DNA of 64,000 nucleotides from Escherichia coli (GTDB taxonomy: Bacteria; Pseudomonadota; Gammaproteobacteria; Enterobacterales; Enterobacteriaceae). Made by a program: the position numbers and the translations under genes. The notes under the pieces are model-generated. The model was not told where the DNA came from, made no database searches, and saw nothing but the letters and a program-made list of their open reading frames with translations. Shown one piece after another: positions 60,351 through 64,000 of the stretch; the stretch's first letter is position 1; each line of letters opens with the position of its first letter. The stretch lies in NCBI RefSeq assembly GCF_965641715.1, contig NZ_OZ282453.1. The stretch is one strand, 5' to 3'.

Positions 60351-61520
60351 ATGTCTGTAGCTCTTATTCGTGACGGCGTCATCCGTCCGTCCGAAAATGA
60401 TTCGCATGTGCTTACCGCCATGCTGCCCTCGTCCTGCCCGCAAAACCACGCGGCGAATATTCTGCCTTTGCCGGATGGCGCGTTAATGTGCGTCTGGTTT
60501 GCGGGAACGCAGGAAGGTATTGCCGATATTTCCGTCTGGGGATCGCGGCTGCCCGCTGGCGGAACGCAGTGGAGCGATGCGGTCAAACTGTCCCACGATG
60601 ACACGCGTTCAGAGCAGAACCCGGTACTGTTTCTCGCACCGGATAACGTGCTGTGGCTGCTATGGACCGCACAAATATCCGGTAATCAGGACACCGCCAT
60701 CGTCCGCTACCGTAAGTCAGACGACCTCGGACAAACCTGGGGCGAGATTGCCACGCTGCTCGATAAACCCGGCACGTTCATTCGCCAGCCGATCACGGTG
60801 CTTGATAACGGCAACTGGCTGCTGCCCGTCTTTTATTGCCGTACCCAACCCGGTGAAAAATGGGTCGGCAATGATGATATCAGCGCAGTGAAAATTTCCG
60901 CTGACGGTGGTCACTCATGGCGCGATGTCGAGGTGCCGCAAAGTCTCGGCTGCGTTCATATGAATATCACAATGCTGCACGACGGTACGTTGGCTGCTCT
61001 CTTTCGCAGCCGTTGGGCAGACAACATCTATATCAGCCATTCTGCGGACCACGGCGAGAGCTGGTCGGTGCCGCAAGCAACCGAACTGCCCAACAACAAT
61101 TCGTCTATTCAGGTGACGACGCTTGCCAGCGGTGAGCTGGCGCTGGTGTACAACGCAATGAGTGCGGCAGGCGCAGTAGAACGTCGCGCGTCGCTGTATG
61201 ACGAAATCGACGATGGCGACGACAGTCGCAAAGAACCCACAGCCGTTGGACGCTCCGCTTTCTGGGGTGCCCCGCGCGCGCCGATGACGGTAGCGATTTC
61301 TGCCGATGGCGGGAAAAGCTGGCCGTGGCGGCGCAATCTCGATGAAGGCGATGGCTACTGCATGACCAACAATTCGCTGGAAAAGCTAAATCGCGAGTTC
61401 TCCTACCTCAGTATCAAACAAAGCCCGGACGGTACGCTGCATATCGCTTACACCTGGTGGCGTCAGGCCATCAAGTACGTGCGCATCTCCCCCGAGTGGG
61501 TTAAGGGGCAGGCATTATGA
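60351..61520 (+). CDS. BNR/Asp-box repeat protein, sialidase-superfamily beta-propeller, predicted cytoplasmic
   Basis: Four Asp-boxes: SDDLGQTW (60717-60740), SADGGHSW (60897-60920), SADHGESW (61041-61064), SADGGKSW (61299-61322); N-terminal IRP resembles the sialidase RIP motif; no signal peptide apparent. Confidence 0.75.
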   Translation: MSVALIRDGVIRPSENDSHVLTAMLPSSCPQNHAANILPLPDGALMCVWFAGTQEGIADISVWGSRLPAGGTQWSDAVKLSHDDTRSEQNPVLFLAPDNVLWLLWTAQISGNQDTAIVRYRKSDDLGQTWGEIATLLDKPGTFIRQPITVLDNGNWLLPVFYCRTQPGEKWVGNDDISAVKISADGGHSWRDVEVPQSLGCVHMNITMLHDGTLAALFRSRWADNIYISHSADHGESWSVPQATELPNNNSSIQVTTLASGELALVYNAMSAAGAVERRASLYDEIDDGDDSRKEPTAVGRSAFWGAPRAPMTVAISADGGKSWPWRRNLDEGDGYCMTNNSLEKLNREFSYLSIKQSPDGTLHIAYTWWRQAIKYVRISPEWVKGQAL

Positions 61521-61987
61521 TTATCGGGAATCTCAACCATTTGTCACAGGCGGGGCTTCCCGCTGGCGTGAAAAATATTCTGCTGCGCCCGGAATGTTCG
61601 TTACGGGCGTTATCCGCCAGAGAGGACGGTCGCTGGCAACTGGAAGGATGCCGGTGGTTCTGCACGCTGGGCCTTTCAGACACGCAGCCCGCCGATCTCC
61701 GGCATACGGAGTATCACCATCTGTGGGCCGATATTCAGGTGGTGATTGCCGGTTGTGAGGGCATTAATGCGGGGACGCGGCCCGTAGCGCAGGAAAGCGA
61801 TGAAGAACGTAAGCCCGATCTGTTTATCGCCCCATCCCCTGAAAACAGTGTCGCAATCACCTTACACCCCGGTGATTTCGCCGTCTTTATGCCAGAAGAA
61901 CCCCATCAGGCGCTGTGCGCGGTTGGCGCGGCCACGTCAGTACGTAAAGCGGTCTTTAAGGTACCGCGCGACATGCTGGAAGCCTAA
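61517..61987 (+). CDS. YhcH/YjgK/YiaL-family (DUF386) protein, putative ulosonic-acid anomerase
   Basis: 156 aa resembling E. coli YhcH (…GDFAVFMPEEPH… versus YhcH …GMFAVFMPGEPH…); overlaps the upstream gene by 4 nt. Confidence 0.75.
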   Translation: MIIGNLNHLSQAGLPAGVKNILLRPECSLRALSAREDGRWQLEGCRWFCTLGLSDTQPADLRHTEYHHLWADIQVVIAGCEGINAGTRPVAQESDEERKPDLFIAPSPENSVAITLHPGDFAVFMPEEPHQALCAVGAATSVRKAVFKVPRDMLEA

Positions 61988-62000
61988 AAGGAGAGAAAAA

Positions 62001-63281
62001 ATGACAATGGAAATGATCCTGGCATTAGGAATACTGGTCCTGATGATCGTGCTGATCATGTCGGACAAAATGCCCTTTGGCGCACCGCCACTGCTTGCGT
62101 GTTTATTGCTGGTTGTCTCGGGGCTGTCGACGGTTCAACAGGCTTTTGCCGGATTCGTCAATCCAAGCGTGGTGATGATTGCAGGGTTTATGGTGGTGAT
62201 GGCTGCGCTACAAAAAACCCGGCTTATCAGCAACGTTAAATCTGCGATGATAAGCCTGGTCAATAAAGGCAGTTACCGCAGTTATGGGCTGTTGTTAGTC
62301 ATCGTTATGCTGGGCGCCAGTCTTGCCGGCACCGGCGCGACGGGTTATTACGTGCTGATTCTGTCTCTGGTATCCACCATTCCGTACAGTAAAAAGCTAC
62401 CAACATCGAAATTGATGATGCCACTGGGATTTGCCACCAACCATCCGCTTCTTCCTATCAATCTCGCGCTTCTCTTTGGCGTCACGGCGACCGTACTCGA
62501 AACAGCCGGTTTTCATCAGGAGATTTCGATGGGGCGCTTTGCGCTGGTGAATCTCGTCATGTCAGCGGCTTTTCTGGCGTGGAGTCTGATTGCCTACCGT
62601 TTTCTTCCGGATCATCCCATTGCGGATGCTTCCGAGGATGCGCTGGCCGCACGCGAAGAAACGTTTAACGCCCTTCCTGCCTGGAAAGAGTATTGCACCA
62701 TCGCCGCATTCGCCGTCAGCGTTATCGGCATGATGCTGATGAATATGCTGGGTAATATCGCCTTCGTTATTCCAGGCCTTGCGGGTGCGTTTGTTCTGAT
62801 GATCGATGTACTGGACTTTAAAGAAGTTCGCGATCATATGGGGGCACCGGTCATTTTAATGATGGCGGGGGTGATCGGTGTGGCTGATGCGCTGGCTGGC
62901 ACCGGCTTTACGGCAATGGTAGGCGATGCCGTTGCAGGTGTGCTCGGGTCTGGCGTCTCACCGTTTGTATTTATTGTCGCCTTTGCTTTACTTACCAGTA
63001 CCTGCGCCACCTTCACGGGTTCGAATATGGGGTCAGTCTATATTTTTGCCCCCATCGCCATTGCCGCCTGTACTAGCCTTGGGCTTAACCCGACCGCTGC
63101 CGCGATTGCGGTGGTGATTTCTGGCTGGAATGGCGGCTATATGCCTATTGACGGAATGCCAGCCATGATCCTCGGAATGGGGAAATACAAACTTCCCGAA
63201 TTCTGGGTGTTCTCTGTACCAATGTATCTCATCCGCATTCTGGCGCTTTGTGCAGGCGCTGTTTTTATCTTCCCAATGTAA
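62001..63281 (+). CDS. ion-transporter superfamily permease (DASS/CitMHS/ArsB-like), putative organic anion transporter
   Basis: 426 aa polytopic membrane protein; start taken at the ATG 7 nt after the aaggaga RBS (MTMEMILALGIL…), not the ORF-track start at 61800 which overlaps the upstream gene. Confidence 0.7.
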   Translation: MTMEMILALGILVLMIVLIMSDKMPFGAPPLLACLLLVVSGLSTVQQAFAGFVNPSVVMIAGFMVVMAALQKTRLISNVKSAMISLVNKGSYRSYGLLLVIVMLGASLAGTGATGYYVLILSLVSTIPYSKKLPTSKLMMPLGFATNHPLLPINLALLFGVTATVLETAGFHQEISMGRFALVNLVMSAAFLAWSLIAYRFLPDHPIADASEDALAAREETFNALPAWKEYCTIAAFAVSVIGMMLMNMLGNIAFVIPGLAGAFVLMIDVLDFKEVRDHMGAPVILMMAGVIGVADALAGTGFTAMVGDAVAGVLGSGVSPFVFIVAFALLTSTCATFTGSNMGSVYIFAPIAIAACTSLGLNPTAAAIAVVISGWNGGYMPIDGMPAMILGMGKYKLPEFWVFSVPMYLIRILALCAGAVFIFPM

Positions 63282-63290
63282 TCTCAGACA

Positions 63291-63327
63291 AAAAAAGCGG
63301 CAGAGAAGATCCCTGCCGCTTTTTATT
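63291..63327. terminator. bidirectional intrinsic terminator between the convergent permease gene and nagE
   Basis: aaaaaaa-gcggcag-agaagatcc-ctgccgc-ttttt. Confidence 0.75.
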
Positions 63328-63366
63328 GTTGAATGCGACGCTGCCGTGTCGCATCAGGCATGAAGC
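63328..63366. repeat. REP-like palindrome at the nagE 3' flank
   Basis: gaatgcgacgctgccgtgtcgcatcaggc resembles a REP core. Confidence 0.5.
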
Positions 63367-63369
63367 AGA

Positions 63370-64000
63370 TTACTTTTTGATTTCATACAGCGGTGTTTGA
63401 CCCGCCACAACATGGCCCTGAGCTTTAATGATCAAGCCACTGAAATCGTCGATATTACTGCAAACCACTGGGCTAATCATCGAGCGGGCGTTAGCGTTCA
63501 GGTAATCCAGATCCATTTCCAGAATCGGTTGTCCTGCGCTTACCTGCGCGCCCTCTTCCACCAGACGTTTAAAGCCTTTACCTTCCAGCGCTACGGTATC
63601 GATACCCATATGGACGACGATCTCCGCGCCTTTTTCGGTTTCCAGGCAGAACGCGTGGTTGGTGTTGAAGATTTTCACGATTGTCCCTGCGGCTGGTGAT
63701 ACGACGATTTTATCTGTCGGTTTCACCGCCACACCGTCACCCACTGCTTTGCTGGCGAATGCTTCGTCAGGAACCTGATCCAGTGCCACGACATCACCGG
63801 TAATCGGCGATACCAGCTCCGCGATAGATACCGCGTTTGGTACAGCCTGCGGTTTTGCTACAGGAGCGGCAGTTGCCGGAGTTGCTTCAGCAGAGGCAGC
63901 TGCTACCGGGCCACGGGCAACGACTTTCTTCATCGCATCGCCGATGGATTCTGCTTTCGCGCCAACAATCACCTGAATAGTCTGTTTGTTCAGTTTTACT
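63370..64000 (-). CDS. nagE: PTS N-acetylglucosamine-specific EIICBA component, C-terminal part (5' end lies beyond the window)
   Basis: Translation ends …GQTPLYEIKK; EIIA-Glc-type domain with the GIDTVALEGKGF region; the frame stays open towards the window edge. Confidence 0.85.
   Translation of the reverse strand, partial: VKLNKQTIQVIVGAKAESIGDAMKKVVARGPVAAASAEATPATAAPVAKPQAVPNAVSIAELVSPITGDVVALDQVPDEAFASKAVGDGVAVKPTDKIVVSPAAGTIVKIFNTNHAFCLETEKGAEIVVHMGIDTVALEGKGFKRLVEEGAQVSAGQPILEMDLDYLNANARSMISPVVCSNIDDFSGLIIKAQGHVVAGQTPLYEIKK

Noticed and set aside
54084-63369. glnS–nagE block as a prophage or integrative mobile element
   Set aside because: No integrase, transposase, tRNA target, phage structural genes or flanking direct repeats; the content is purely metabolic and regulatory.

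Overview
The window is an Escherichia coli-type chromosome segment (or a very close relative), collinear with the K-12 nagE–glnS–chiPQ–fur–fldA–seqA–pgm–kdpFABCDE–phr–dtpD–pxp–nei–abrB–ybgDQPO–gltA–sdhCDAB–sucABCD region but in inverted orientation. All assignments come from reading the translations and from remembered family features; no database search was run. Most of the window is conserved core: the TCA cycle operons, the Kdp K+ pump with its two-component system, and the Fur/flavodoxin/SeqA/Pgm housekeeping block, with REP/BIME arrays and intrinsic terminators in the expected intergenic positions. Four places differ from the K-12 layout as I recall it. (1) At 54.1–63.4 kb a ~9.3 kb gene block sits between glnS and nagE, which are adjacent in K-12. 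It encodes a DeoR regulator, a PdxA-family dehydrogenase, a DUF1537-type acid-sugar kinase, an Fe-alcohol dehydrogenase, a DapA/NanA-family aldolase, a TerC-family membrane protein, a cytoplasmic Asp-box (sialidase-fold) protein, a YhcH-family protein and a permease. I read it as an uncharacterised ulosonic/acid-sugar catabolic system and consider it the best candidate for something new. (2) At 1–9.4 kb, downstream of sucD, is a B12-dependent glutamate mutase / methylaspartase / class I fumarase (mesaconase-type) island with its own adenosyltransferase, transporter and LysR regulator, plus a DUF1446/DUF4387-like pair of unknown role. (3) The RhsC element is absent between ybfA and ybgA. (4) speF–potE is absent between kdpE and ybfP, where a ~190 bp tandem duplication of the kdpE 3' end plus REP is found instead. 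No CRISPR array, integrase, IS element, tRNA or rRNA was seen.
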